A DNA stretch of 64,000 nt from a virus (lineage: Duplodnaviria; Heunggongvirae; Uroviricota; Caudoviricetes): the IMG/VR virus record IMGVR_UViG_3300047546_003009. One strand, 5' to 3'. A program made the position numbers and the translations under genes. The first letter of the stretch is position 1, and each line of letters opens with the position of its first letter. Of the stretch, positions 7,119-16,333 are shown one piece after another. Below the pieces are notes generated by a model. That model worked only from the letters and a program-made list of their open reading frames with translations. It did no database searches and was not told where the DNA came from.

Positions 7119-8830
7119 TTTGATATCCTCGAAAAGTTTTTAACTTTCTCAAACTTGATTACATTGACAAATTTATCAAACAATTGATCGCCTTTGTGCG
7201 ATATTATAAACGTATTATTATCTTTTGTCAACTGGTTGAGAATCTTCATAAATTCTTCTGTTCCGTTGTTATCTAAAGAGCTGTCAAAGACCTCATCCAT
7301 GATAAGGAGATTAGTAGAAGCACTGTTACGTAGTTTTGCAATTGCTCGCCATGTGAAAAGCAAAGCAAGGTCAATTCGCATTTTTTCGCCTTCAGAGAAG
7401 CTAGCATATGTAAACTCGTCCCTAAATCTAGATTTAATCACTTCTTCAAAATTTTCATTTAACTCAAAATTAACAAAGAAGTCCATTGCTGCAAGATATT
7501 TGTTAATCAGTTTGTTCATAATCGGAACGTACTGTTTAATTATCTTTGTCTTGATCCCAGTATCCTTTAACAACAAGGCTGCGACATCCAACACTGCTTT
7601 TTGTTGCACCAACTTCTCTTTCTCTAGCTGGTGTTCTTCCAACTCTTTCTGCAAAGCACTGAGGTTATTTGTTTGGTTTTCTTCAGCTGTATTATCAGTC
7701 TGTAGCTGCTCAATTTCCTTCTCTAAACTCTGTATGAACTGTTTCCACGTTGATACTTCAACATTGTGGTTAGATATCTTTTGGTCTATCTCGCTAATCT
7801 GCTCTTCTATTTGTTCTATTTCAGATTCACGTTGTTTCAGCTGATCAATTCGTGCGTTCAATTCAATAATTGCTGCTGCAACAGTAACAACAGTGTCCTT
7901 TCCCTTACGCGTGATAACATCTTTGTGTTCTTGTGCTATTTGCTGTCTACACGTTGGACAATTGTCGTTACTTTCGAAAAAGTTAACATCGTGCTCGTGC
8001 TTGTTCTTCTTGCTTGTTAAATCATGTTTTAGTTGTTCGTGCTTTTTAATACTTTTTTGTATTTTGTTTTTATCAACAATTAAATCAAGAAGACTTTGTT
8101 TTTGAGTATTTAAACTATTAACAACTTCTGCTGTGTGAGAACATTTTGTTATGTAATCGTTAACTTTTATTTGCTTTTGATTAACAAGATCAGCGTTGTT
8201 TATTCTTAGTGACTCGAGATGCTCTTTGTGTATCTTAATTTTTTCTTCTGTAAGATTGATGCTGTAACCAACATCTGTAATATTTGTCTTATTGGTTGCA
8301 ATCTTGTCTTTCAACAAAACATTCATCTTCGAAAAGATCTCAATATCAAGCAAGTCCTCAATAATTTCTCTTCGGTTTGCAGCAGACAGTTGCATAAACG
8401 GAGTAAACGATGCTGAACCCAGTATCACAATTTGATTGAACGATTTGTGATTGAGCTTAAGTATCTGCTTTTCAAGCATCTCTTGATACTCTTTTGAATC
8501 TGCATCCTGATTCAAAAGCTGACCGTCAACAAGCACCTCAAAAATGTTTGGTTTGATTCCACGCTTGATTAGGTAGTTCTTTTTACCAATAGAAAACTCA
8601 ACTTGAACCTCGGCATTTTTTCTATTGATAGCATTAACAAGCTGTCCCTTATTAATGTTTCTAAATGGCTTGCCATAGAGTGCAAACGATAGAGCATCAA
8701 GAATAGTAGATTTGCCTGCACCATTCTCACCTACAATTAGAACGGCAGAATGGGAACTCAAATCAATCTCTGTGAAATGAGCTCCCGTCGATAAGAAGTT
8801 TTTCCATCTAATTTTTTTGAAAACAATCAT
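7115..8830 (-). CDS. gp46: Recombination endonuclease ATPase subunit (SbcC/Rad50-like)
   Basis: Walker A GENGAGKS, CPTC zinc hook, FSEGE signature, Walker B LIMDEVFD, ISHK. Confidence 0.97.
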   Translation of the reverse strand: MIVFKKIRWKNFLSTGAHFTEIDLSSHSAVLIVGENGAGKSTILDALSFALYGKPFRNINKGQLVNAINRKNAEVQVEFSIGKKNYLIKRGIKPNIFEVLVDGQLLNQDADSKEYQEMLEKQILKLNHKSFNQIVILGSASFTPFMQLSAANRREIIEDLLDIEIFSKMNVLLKDKIATNKTNITDVGYSINLTEEKIKIHKEHLESLRINNADLVNQKQIKVNDYITKCSHTAEVVNSLNTQKQSLLDLIVDKNKIQKSIKKHEQLKHDLTSKKNKHEHDVNFFESNDNCPTCRQQIAQEHKDVITRKGKDTVVTVAAAIIELNARIDQLKQRESEIEQIEEQISEIDQKISNHNVEVSTWKQFIQSLEKEIEQLQTDNTAEENQTNNLSALQKELEEHQLEKEKLVQQKAVLDVAALLLKDTGIKTKIIKQYVPIMNKLINKYLAAMDFFVNFELNENFEEVIKSRFRDEFTYASFSEGEKMRIDLALLFTWRAIAKLRNSASTNLLIMDEVFDSSLDNNGTEEFMKILNQLTKDNNTFIISHKGDQLFDKFVNVIKFEKVKNFSRISK

Positions 8831-9306
8831 AGGCTAAACCATTGTGGTGTTTCACGTTTTTTCCATGTAGCAAAGCTAGCCTTTGCACCCTTGTAATAAT
8901 TAATATACGATTGTACTGATGATCGTGTTTTGTAATCATCAGGCATGGCTGGTGGAGGCTCAGTAAACGAACCAGAAGGAATTGATTGTGGAAGCTTTTT
9001 CAATATATCGACCAGACCACTTGACTCACATTTGTGGGTCTTTTCATAGCGATACGTATACTCGCTGCACAATTCAACAAGAAGTGACCAAAGCCATGTG
9101 TAGTTACTGGATGTCTGACGACACCAGATAGCAGACGGGTGATTTTTATGTGTGGCTTTGTACACAGGAAGAGTAGTATCAACATCAAGAATTCTATGTG
9201 CTGTTGATAGAAGCTGTGCACTTTCAAGTATCATCTTAACAACGTGTTTATCGCAATGATACTGCGCACATTGCTGTGGGTCTTTGCTCAGATAGAAAAT
9301 GTTCAT
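8827..9306 (-). CDS. denV: Pyrimidine-dimer DNA glycosylase-like protein
   Basis: MNIFYLSKDP..CAQYHCDKHVVKMILESAQLLSTAH, YKATHKNHPS family motifs. Confidence 0.75.
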   Translation of the reverse strand: MNIFYLSKDPQQCAQYHCDKHVVKMILESAQLLSTAHRILDVDTTLPVYKATHKNHPSAIWCRQTSSNYTWLWSLLVELCSEYTYRYEKTHKCESSGLVDILKKLPQSIPSGSFTEPPPAMPDDYKTRSSVQSYINYYKGAKASFATWKKRETPQWFSL

Positions 9307-9308
9307 AA

Positions 9309-10367
9309 TTACTCGTTGGTTAAAGCTTCATTATATAATGATCTCATTAAAACTTCAAGTTTTTTCTTATCCGTTTGAATTTGCATTTGATGAATGTATT
9401 TGTTGAGAATTGTTAGCGTATCTTCAGCCTCGTTAACTATATCGCTATCATCCTCAATATCAGAGTGAAAGTGGTCATCTACAACCTGAATATCAACTGC
9501 GCCCGCTTTTTCTAGCTTATCGATCAGAGTATCAAACCAGAATGGATTTGTTTTATTCCTTACAACCACTTTCACAATTGTGTTCTTATAGTAACTAAAA
9601 TCGTCAAGAAGAACGTCTTCCATTGTCTTGTCTAGATCATCATAATGATGTTTCACAAACATATTAAATGGATTGTGTACGAAAGTTAGCTCTCTTGTCT
9701 CTGTATCGAGGATATGGAATCCTTTATCGTCTCCGTAATCCGACCACGTCATTTCATATGGGGTTCCACAATATGTAATGTTTCCTTTTGTGGATTTGTG
9801 GTGGTAATGACCAGATAGAACCAAATCAAACTTATTAAAAATGTTTTTATCTAGACCGTGATCAATAACCGTTCCCTTGTACATTTCAAAGCCTTGAATC
9901 TCAAAATGACCTACACAGATTTGTGCCTCTGTGTTTTGCATGGCCTCAAAACACATCTTTTCATTTTCCGGACATATCCAGGGAATAAACAATATAGGTA
10001 TGCCGTCTATAACAAGTGTTTCGGGATATACTATAGGAGTTATGTTGTTGTATTTTTCTAACAACAGACTCAACGAATTAACGTTATTTGTATTCTTGTA
10101 GAATGTGTCGTGGTTTCCTACAAGTACAATGCTTTTGTAGTTGTAATTTAACCTATCAAAAAAGTATGTTTTGACTGACTTAAGTGTATTAAAGTTTACG
10201 TACTTTCGTCTATCAAACACATCTCCAAGCTGGATTACATATTCAATATTATTCTTTTCAAGATAGGGAAAGAACACCTCGTCGTAGAAACGCTTGAAGT
10301 GTTCATTAAATATAGGACTGTCATTACGAGCCCCAAAGTGAGTATCACCAAGTACCGCAATTTTCAT
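9309..10367 (-). CDS. gp47: Recombination endonuclease nuclease subunit (SbcD/Mre11-like)
   Basis: GDTHFG, LGDVFDRR, GNHD, GHFE, SGHYH metallophosphoesterase motifs. Confidence 0.96.
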   Translation of the reverse strand: MKIAVLGDTHFGARNDSPIFNEHFKRFYDEVFFPYLEKNNIEYVIQLGDVFDRRKYVNFNTLKSVKTYFFDRLNYNYKSIVLVGNHDTFYKNTNNVNSLSLLLEKYNNITPIVYPETLVIDGIPILFIPWICPENEKMCFEAMQNTEAQICVGHFEIQGFEMYKGTVIDHGLDKNIFNKFDLVLSGHYHHKSTKGNITYCGTPYEMTWSDYGDDKGFHILDTETRELTFVHNPFNMFVKHHYDDLDKTMEDVLLDDFSYYKNTIVKVVVRNKTNPFWFDTLIDKLEKAGAVDIQVVDDHFHSDIEDDSDIVNEAEDTLTILNKYIHQMQIQTDKKKLEVLMRSLYNEALTNE

Positions 10368-10370
10368 TAT

Positions 10371-10907
10371 CTATTCATCCAAAAATATTTCGATTCCTTT
10401 CTTTTTCTTCTTTTTAGATTTCTTATCTTTCAGACTATCCTCAAAAGCTTTGATAAAGTCAACAGATTGTTGATCAACTTCTGTGTTAACAAACGTGTGA
10501 TCATCACCCTCCATTTGACTAATTAGATCATCAAACAACAGAGAGTTCTCTAATGATTTGTGCTTAACATACTGTTGCTTCTTCTCTTTAAGAATTCTTC
10601 TGAGAAATGCATAGTAAATGATCTGTGTGAAATAAGCGAAAGGATTAGTAGACTTTGCAGGGTCAAAATTGTCAAAATAGCTGATGCAATTTTCAATTCC
10701 ATCACTAATCATTTCATCTCTAAACGAATAGTTGATGAAGTTTGGCTTGTGCGATAATCGTTCTGCAATCATCATAATACACTCACCAACATAGTTTGGA
10801 ATAGGAGGCTTGTCAAGTTTCTTACGCTTTGCCTCTATACAATCATTTTTATATTGTACAATACATTCATATAACTGCTTATTATCTACATAATGATTAT
10901 CAGCCAT
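10371..10907 (-). CDS. gp55: Late-transcription sigma factor
   Basis: HYVDNK, YSFRDEMISDGIENC, NPFAYFTQIIYYAFLRRI.KEKKQ. Confidence 0.96.
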   Translation of the reverse strand: MADNHYVDNKQLYECIVQYKNDCIEAKRKKLDKPPIPNYVGECIMMIAERLSHKPNFINYSFRDEMISDGIENCISYFDNFDPAKSTNPFAYFTQIIYYAFLRRILKEKKQQYVKHKSLENSLLFDDLISQMEGDDHTFVNTEVDQQSVDFIKAFEDSLKDKKSKKKKKKGIEIFLDE

Positions 10908-10929
10908 CGTTTATTTCCTTCACAACGTT

Positions 10930-10957
10930 ATTATAATGTTAAAAAATAAAAAGTCAA
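10930..10957 (-). promoter_or_regulatory. sigma70-type promoter upstream of gp55
   Basis: TTGACT-16 nt-TATAAT. Confidence 0.6.
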
Positions 10958-11350
10958 CTAGTTCAATGTTTGGTTGGATGTAAGTCGTTCAAGTATAGCA
11001 AGGTATTGGTCGCTTTGTGTTTCTTCGGATTCAGATTTAACAACACGTTCAAGCTCTCTATGTACTATTTCATCAATTTCATTCTCAAAGTGTTCGATTG
11101 CCATCTGATAGTAAGCACACATTCCTTTAATTGGTTCAGCTACAGAAAAGATTTTAGATCTTTCAAACGTATGTTGCTTTGTTTTTGAGAATTGCATGTA
11201 TCTTGTAAGAGAAACTGAAGGTACAGAGGATTCAATGTTTTTGTAATTAATTTGAGCTGGGTTAGCAAGGGTTATTACTTTAGCATTATCATCAACGAGT
11301 GTGCCAATAACTTCTGTTCCATTTATCAGCTTTACTAATAAAATTATCAT
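10958..11350 (-). CDS. Conserved T4-like hypothetical protein (Sm-like fold possible)
   Basis: VKLINGTEVIG...LANP; sits in the usual slot between uvsW and gp55. Confidence 0.6.
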   Translation of the reverse strand: MIILLVKLINGTEVIGTLVDDNAKVITLANPAQINYKNIESSVPSVSLTRYMQFSKTKQHTFERSKIFSVAEPIKGMCAYYQMAIEHFENEIDEIVHRELERVVKSESEETQSDQYLAILERLTSNQTLN

Positions 11351-11352
11351 TG

Positions 11353-12810
11353 TTATCCTCCCAACTTGACGTTATATATTTTGTAGTCGAACTTTTGTTC
11401 GTCATACATCTCTATTCTTGCCATAAAGTGTTGGAGCGTCAAATTCTTTCTTGATTTCCACGTCATATCATCAGCAATGTCATACAAAGTTGCTAGCGTT
11501 TTATCATCAGCCTTACGGAGGGCTCGGCCAATAGACTGAAGAACTTTGATCTTGGATTTGAAAGGGCTAGCAAAAATAACATTGTGTATACGTGGAATAT
11601 TTATCCCTGTACTAAATGTTCCATACGATGCTACTATAATTGCATCGTTTTCTTGCTGAACAATATGTCGTACGTCCTCTCTAAATGTACTATCAACACC
11701 ACCATGGATGAAAAATACTTTTCTTTCACCACTTTTACTCTGTATATCGTTGTACAGAGGCTTTCCTTGCTTTTCAACAAACTGATATAGTATTAATGTG
11801 TTTCCTTCAAGGGAGAGGGCGAGATTTCGTATAAACTTGTTTCGTTTTGTATTTGAAACAAGAAACTCGATTTCTTGTCTGTAGTCAGATTTCTTTAGAA
11901 GATCGCAAACTGCATCGTTATGTTTAAGAACAATTGCTTTAATATTGAATTGGGATAGGTGTTGTTCTTGTATAAGAGTTGCAGTAGTTGTAACATCCTG
12001 TTTTGGACCAAATAGACCCTCAAGAACAAGTTGGTTTGTTTCAGTTCCATCTAGCGTACCAGTAAACCCAAATCGATATGGTGTGTTGGTCATCTTTGTC
12101 ATAATTGACACAAGACTCGTAGCTTTGAACTGGTGGGCCTCATCACCAATCACTACATCAAACTGCTGAAACCATTTCTCTGGAAGCTTGTAGATTGATT
12201 GCCAAGTGGTGATTGTAATTGGTTTATCCGTGTTTTTTTCCTGTCCAGAGAATACTTTATGTATCTCACCATTGTCAATTCCGTACACTTTAAAATCGGA
12301 TTCTAGCTGGTGTACAAGCGATGTTGTAGGGACAACAATCAATGTTTTACGGTTATGATACATTGTAATCAAGTAAATCATCAGAGACTTACCCGATGCT
12401 GTTGGAGAAACAAACAATGCGCGTTTGTTTCTTATAGCGTGAATGAACGTATCTTTCTGGTAGTATTTTGGTACAAATGGAAGGGAAAGAGTGGATATGA
12501 AGTTATCTGCTTCCACGACAGAAAATTCATCTGCAGTGAAATCACTCTCCTCCGTAACCTCGTAACCACGATCCTTTGCAAACTCATGAACGTAGTTTCT
12601 TAGACCAGCATATATTTTTTGTGTGTTGAGGTTAAACAATCTGATCTTTCCATCCCACAGCTTATTTTTAAAAGCTGGCATGTGTTTTGCACCGGGAACT
12701 TGGAAAGTAAAGTGTTCAGAAAGCTCCATAGCAACCGAGCGTTCACAAAACACTTTTATATAAACATCGTCTACCTGACGTATAGTTAGTTTTTCATATT
12801 CGGTTGTCAT
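11353..12810 (-). CDS. uvsW: UvsW RNA-DNA/DNA-DNA helicase
   Basis: WDGKIRLF, SPTASGKS, GDEAH, GFTGT, QSIGRALR. Confidence 0.96.
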   Translation of the reverse strand: MTTEYEKLTIRQVDDVYIKVFCERSVAMELSEHFTFQVPGAKHMPAFKNKLWDGKIRLFNLNTQKIYAGLRNYVHEFAKDRGYEVTEESDFTADEFSVVEADNFISTLSLPFVPKYYQKDTFIHAIRNKRALFVSPTASGKSLMIYLITMYHNRKTLIVVPTTSLVHQLESDFKVYGIDNGEIHKVFSGQEKNTDKPITITTWQSIYKLPEKWFQQFDVVIGDEAHQFKATSLVSIMTKMTNTPYRFGFTGTLDGTETNQLVLEGLFGPKQDVTTTATLIQEQHLSQFNIKAIVLKHNDAVCDLLKKSDYRQEIEFLVSNTKRNKFIRNLALSLEGNTLILYQFVEKQGKPLYNDIQSKSGERKVFFIHGGVDSTFREDVRHIVQQENDAIIVASYGTFSTGINIPRIHNVIFASPFKSKIKVLQSIGRALRKADDKTLATLYDIADDMTWKSRKNLTLQHFMARIEMYDEQKFDYKIYNVKLGG

Positions 12811-13241
12811 GCGCCTTGTGTAAACTTCATCCAGTCAATAGCATTTTTAATTTGGAAACCTCTGTTTGTTAGCGACTTAATTACAGAATCAAGAAAATCA
12901 AGCTTCTCTTGTTGAAGTTCAATTCTTTGTTTGATTTTGATTAGATCTGAGTCAGCTTCCATGTACAGTGGAATATCCGACTTTAACAACTTAAGCTGAA
13001 AAGGTTCCCATCCATTTTCATTCAATTCTTCTTCACTAATATTTCCATTAAAGTATTCATGTTTTTGTTTGTAGAGAATCTTATAATCGCTTTCCAGCTT
13101 TTTGAGCGTCAGGCGTTCACTACTATAGATTTTAAAATACTTTGAGTGGAGTTGAGGAATTCGAAGACTCTCCTCGCCTAACTCTGTTCTATCAATCTTA
13201 CAATCCAATTCCCACTGTGTTTGTATATCTTCAAGCTTCAT
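12807..13241 (-). CDS. uvsY: Recombination mediator UvsY
   Basis: W..DC.ID, IPQLHSKY, RGFQIKNAIDW.KF; adjacent to uvsW. Confidence 0.9.
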   Translation of the reverse strand: MKLEDIQTQWELDCKIDRTELGEESLRIPQLHSKYFKIYSSERLTLKKLESDYKILYKQKHEYFNGNISEEELNENGWEPFQLKLLKSDIPLYMEADSDLIKIKQRIELQQEKLDFLDSVIKSLTNRGFQIKNAIDWMKFTQGA

Positions 13242-13264
13242 AGTAACTCCATAACCAAAATTGT

Positions 13265-13293
13265 ATAATACCTCGGGTACGTTCCGAGGTCAA
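13265..13293 (-). promoter_or_regulatory. sigma70-type promoter with palindromic spacer (uvsY-uvsW)
   Basis: TTGACC-17 nt-TATTAT; inverted repeat ACCTCGG-7 nt-CCGAGGT at 13270-13290. Confidence 0.7.
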
Positions 13294-13297
13294 CAGC

Positions 13298-13846
13298 TTA
13301 AAGCGTGTTTATAGTAAATTTTCTATATGCAAACGACACTGTTGATGTTAAGTAGTTTACATCAGCGTCTGTGGTTGTGAATTCAAGTTCTGATATGCTT
13401 ACAGGATACATGTCTTCAAAAACAACTTCGTGGATAGGATTCATAGCACTAGAAAGTATTACAAGCGTTCCATCTGAATATGGACCTGCACCTGATAGTC
13501 TATCTATGTTACCAGTGTTCTTTCCGTTTCTACGAATCTCAACACTCTTGTACTGGTCAAAGTTGTCCGGAAAACCTAATCCAACTATCCAGTTGTATAT
13601 TTCGAGATAGTTTTTAAGGTCTTCATCAACCTTATACGTTAGAGTAAACTCTCCAAACTCAATGTGATCACCAGCATAAGGTATTTTAACAAAAGGTGAA
13701 GGTACATCAACTCTACCCAGTGTAACGCTTGGCATGCTACACGTTTGTACAAAGTAGTTGATATGAGGTGTTTTCTTAATAGTAAACTTAAATCCTAATG
13801 GGGATAAAAAGCTTTTATTTGTTGGCTGATTTGATATAGCTGTCAT
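13298..13846 (-). CDS. gp3: Tail completion / sheath stabiliser
   Basis: FLSPLGFKF, VDEDLKNYLEIYNWIVGLG, SDGTLVIL, FEDMYPVS; start MTAIS at 13846. Confidence 0.9.
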   Translation of the reverse strand: MTAISNQPTNKSFLSPLGFKFTIKKTPHINYFVQTCSMPSVTLGRVDVPSPFVKIPYAGDHIEFGEFTLTYKVDEDLKNYLEIYNWIVGLGFPDNFDQYKSVEIRRNGKNTGNIDRLSGAGPYSDGTLVILSSAMNPIHEVVFEDMYPVSISELEFTTTDADVNYLTSTVSFAYRKFTINTL

Positions 13847-13862
13847 ATTACCTCCGTTCAAC

Positions 13863-13870
13863 TATTTATC
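13863..13870 (-). promoter_or_regulatory. gp55-type late promoter variant (GATAAATA) for gp3
   Basis: Matches the T4 late TATAAATA core TAAATA, just upstream of the gp3 SD. Confidence 0.55.
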
Positions 13871-13876
13871 CAGACG

Positions 13877-13905
13877 AAAAAAAGGGGGATCCGCGAAGAT
13901 CCCCC
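13877..13905 (-). terminator. Rho-independent terminator after gp23
   Basis: Minus strand GGGGGATC-TTCGCG-GATCCCCC then T7. Confidence 0.9.
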
Positions 13906-13932
13906 AGTTTTACTACAATTATTATATTTTTA

Positions 13933-15288
13933 TTACAGGATATTGTCGACAAGAACGCGACGGTAGTACACGTTGCTATCCTTTGTGAGAGCGCCAGCAC
14001 CAGCTGTTGCACCTTCAGCAAATGGGTTTGCAACCATTCCGTAACGAGTCTTGAAGCCAATTTTTGGCTGGAAGCTATCCTGATCAACTGCACGAACCAT
14101 TTGGAGAGGAACGTATGGGCAGTAGAACAGACCAGCATCAAATGCAGAAGCACCCTTGTAACCAATAACCATGTAGTTACCAGTTGCATATGGATCGATG
14201 TAAACGCGCATACGGCCGTTCAGAACACCTGCGAATGTGTTGCCAGTGTCATCAACGTTCAGTGCGTTTGAGTTAAGAGCAGGAGCGTAGTCAAGAACAC
14301 CAGCCATCTGCAGAGCGGATGCTACATCGCTTGAGCAGATAACGATGTTACCTTTACCACGACGTGTGTTCTTAGCGATCTGGTTAGCTTCACGCTCAAC
14401 TTGGAACATCAGACCCTTGAACTTCTCAACAGACCAACGGCCGTTTGCATCAACGTCAAGGTCGAAACGACCAGCAGTTGTTGTACCGGTGTCGGCACCT
14501 TGCTGAGCTGTAACAGCGATTGTACGAACAACTTCGCGGTTGATTTCAGCAAGAATTTCTGATGTCAGAATGTTTGAAAGCTCGGTTTCTGCGTCAAGAC
14601 CGTGAATTGCTTTAAGGTCTTGTGCAAGTTCCATTGTGTATTCAGCTTTCAGAGCACGTGACTTAGCTGTTACAGAAACTTTCTCGATTGAGAAAGCCAT
14701 CTGTGGCATAGCGGTGTTGCTTGTTGTGCCAAGAGCTTCAGCCTGTGCTGTTGACATGCCTGAACCAAAGTTGTAGATACCAGTTTCAGCAAGGTTGGCT
14801 GTACCAGTTGTTGTGTTACCTGGATATCCACCAACGTGCTTCTGACCAAGAGTATTTGCACCAGAAACAACAGTCGAGAACGCAGTGTTAACTTCGTTGT
14901 AGAATGTTTCTGTGTGTGTCTGGTTTGCGTAACGAGCACGCATTGCAAAAATCAGACCTGTAGGACCAGTCATTGGCTGAACGCCGCAAATGTCATAAGC
15001 GATCAGATTTGGCATTGCACGACGAACCAGCGAAATCAGAACTGGATCAAACGTGTCAATGGCACCGTCAGCTGCAGTTGATGATGAAGCACCCATTGCG
15101 TTGACAGGGATTGAACCTTCTGACAGCAGTGATGCGCGTGTATACTGTTGACCTTCGCGAAGTGCACGCTCGGTGTTCTCAAGCAGAACAGCGGTTGTGC
15201 CGCGACGGTGTGCGTCCTTGATCTGAGGAAGATCCTCGTGCTCAAGAATTGGCTTCCACTTTTGTTGTAGTTCTTCAGCTAAAAACAT
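13933..15288 (-). CDS. gp23: Major capsid protein
   Basis: LISLVRRAMPNLIAYDICGVQPMTGPTGLIFAMR, FYCPYVPLQ, FQPKIGFKTRYG. Confidence 0.99.
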   Translation of the reverse strand: MFLAEELQQKWKPILEHEDLPQIKDAHRRGTTAVLLENTERALREGQQYTRASLLSEGSIPVNAMGASSSTAADGAIDTFDPVLISLVRRAMPNLIAYDICGVQPMTGPTGLIFAMRARYANQTHTETFYNEVNTAFSTVVSGANTLGQKHVGGYPGNTTTGTANLAETGIYNFGSGMSTAQAEALGTTSNTAMPQMAFSIEKVSVTAKSRALKAEYTMELAQDLKAIHGLDAETELSNILTSEILAEINREVVRTIAVTAQQGADTGTTTAGRFDLDVDANGRWSVEKFKGLMFQVEREANQIAKNTRRGKGNIVICSSDVASALQMAGVLDYAPALNSNALNVDDTGNTFAGVLNGRMRVYIDPYATGNYMVIGYKGASAFDAGLFYCPYVPLQMVRAVDQDSFQPKIGFKTRYGMVANPFAEGATAGAGALTKDSNVYYRRVLVDNIL

Positions 15289-15317
15289 ATTGATTCTCCT
15301 TGTTAAGGGTTTATTAC

Positions 15318-15325
15318 TATTTATA
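15318..15325 (-). promoter_or_regulatory. Late promoter TATAAATA (gp23)
   Basis: Exact T4 late consensus in the gp22-gp23 gap. Confidence 0.85.
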
Positions 15326-15330
15326 ACTAA

Positions 15331-16299
15331 TTACTTTTTGATTGTTCTTGAAAGTGCGTTAACGTAACGATTCATTGGGCCGGTCACAGGAGCTTTTGTT
15401 TCTTCCTGGACTTCTTCAACTTCTTCAGTCAACACACTTGAAACTTTCTTTTCAGTTGGGAAATAATTTTCCTTGATGATTTCGAGTTTCTTTTTGTATG
15501 TTTCGACGTCAGAAAATTCAACACCTTCTGAAAGAGCTTGGAGCTTTTCAACCTGTGTTGCAGCAAGACCTTCAGAAACTTGAGCAAAAATAACTTCTTT
15601 CTCAACTTCGTCAGTGATCTTTCTGAGTTCGATGTTTTCGTTGATCTGATCGTTCAGCTTGCCTTCGAGCTCTTCAACACGCTTTGCAAGCTCTTCAACA
15701 ACATCAACCTTTTCTTCTGGAATAGAAATATTATGCTCTTCAAACAGGCTCTTCAGACCAGCAATAAACTCTTCTGAAATTTCTGTACGAAGTGAGGACT
15801 CAACAGCAAGTTTGTTCTCTTCCATCCACTGCTCAACGACGTAATTGAGATATTCGTCAACTTTTGCAGCAACTTCTTCTTCAATTTCTTGCTTTGCAGC
15901 TTCAAATGTTGCGTCGTATTCTTCAACCAGAGCAGCCTTAGCTTCTTCAACCTTTGCGTTGACAGCAGCTTCAAACACAACAGTTGCTTTCTCTTTAAAT
16001 TCTTCAGAGAGATCTTGACCAACAAACATTGCTTCAACTTCTTCCTTCATAGAAACAGAAGCTTTGTTTTTAGCCGAGGTGTCAGCAGTTGCTGCAGTAT
16101 TGTTTTGTGGATCAGTTTCTTGCATTTCACCCTCGAGTTTTTGTGAAGCAAGATCACCTTGACGCTTTGATGCACCTGGTGCCTGCGCTTGTTTAACATT
16201 GGATGCATCAGGACCAATAGACTGACCGGTTTGACCACCACCGGTAGCTACTTTCTCCTGTAGATCCTCCTTGAATTTCTTTGCAATTTTGTCTGCCAT
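15331..16299 (-). CDS. gp22: Prohead core scaffold protein
   Basis: Acidic coiled coil; LSEEFKEKA..VFEAAV, YLNYVVEQW.EEN; between gp21 and gp23. Confidence 0.93.
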   Translation of the reverse strand: MADKIAKKFKEDLQEKVATGGGQTGQSIGPDASNVKQAQAPGASKRQGDLASQKLEGEMQETDPQNNTAATADTSAKNKASVSMKEEVEAMFVGQDLSEEFKEKATVVFEAAVNAKVEEAKAALVEEYDATFEAAKQEIEEEVAAKVDEYLNYVVEQWMEENKLAVESSLRTEISEEFIAGLKSLFEEHNISIPEEKVDVVEELAKRVEELEGKLNDQINENIELRKITDEVEKEVIFAQVSEGLAATQVEKLQALSEGVEFSDVETYKKKLEIIKENYFPTEKKVSSVLTEEVEEVQEETKAPVTGPMNRYVNALSRTIKK

Positions 16300-16333
16300 G
16301 AATTTCTCCTTAAGATGCTATTATTTAGTAAAA

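Noticed and set aside
13866-15245. Alternative-frame minus-strand ORFs overlapping gp23 (13866-14189, 14670-14948, 15036-15245), and similar ones in gp22, gp18 and RCC1
   Set aside because: Expected by-product of strong codon bias in highly expressed genes; no SD, and one runs through the terminator
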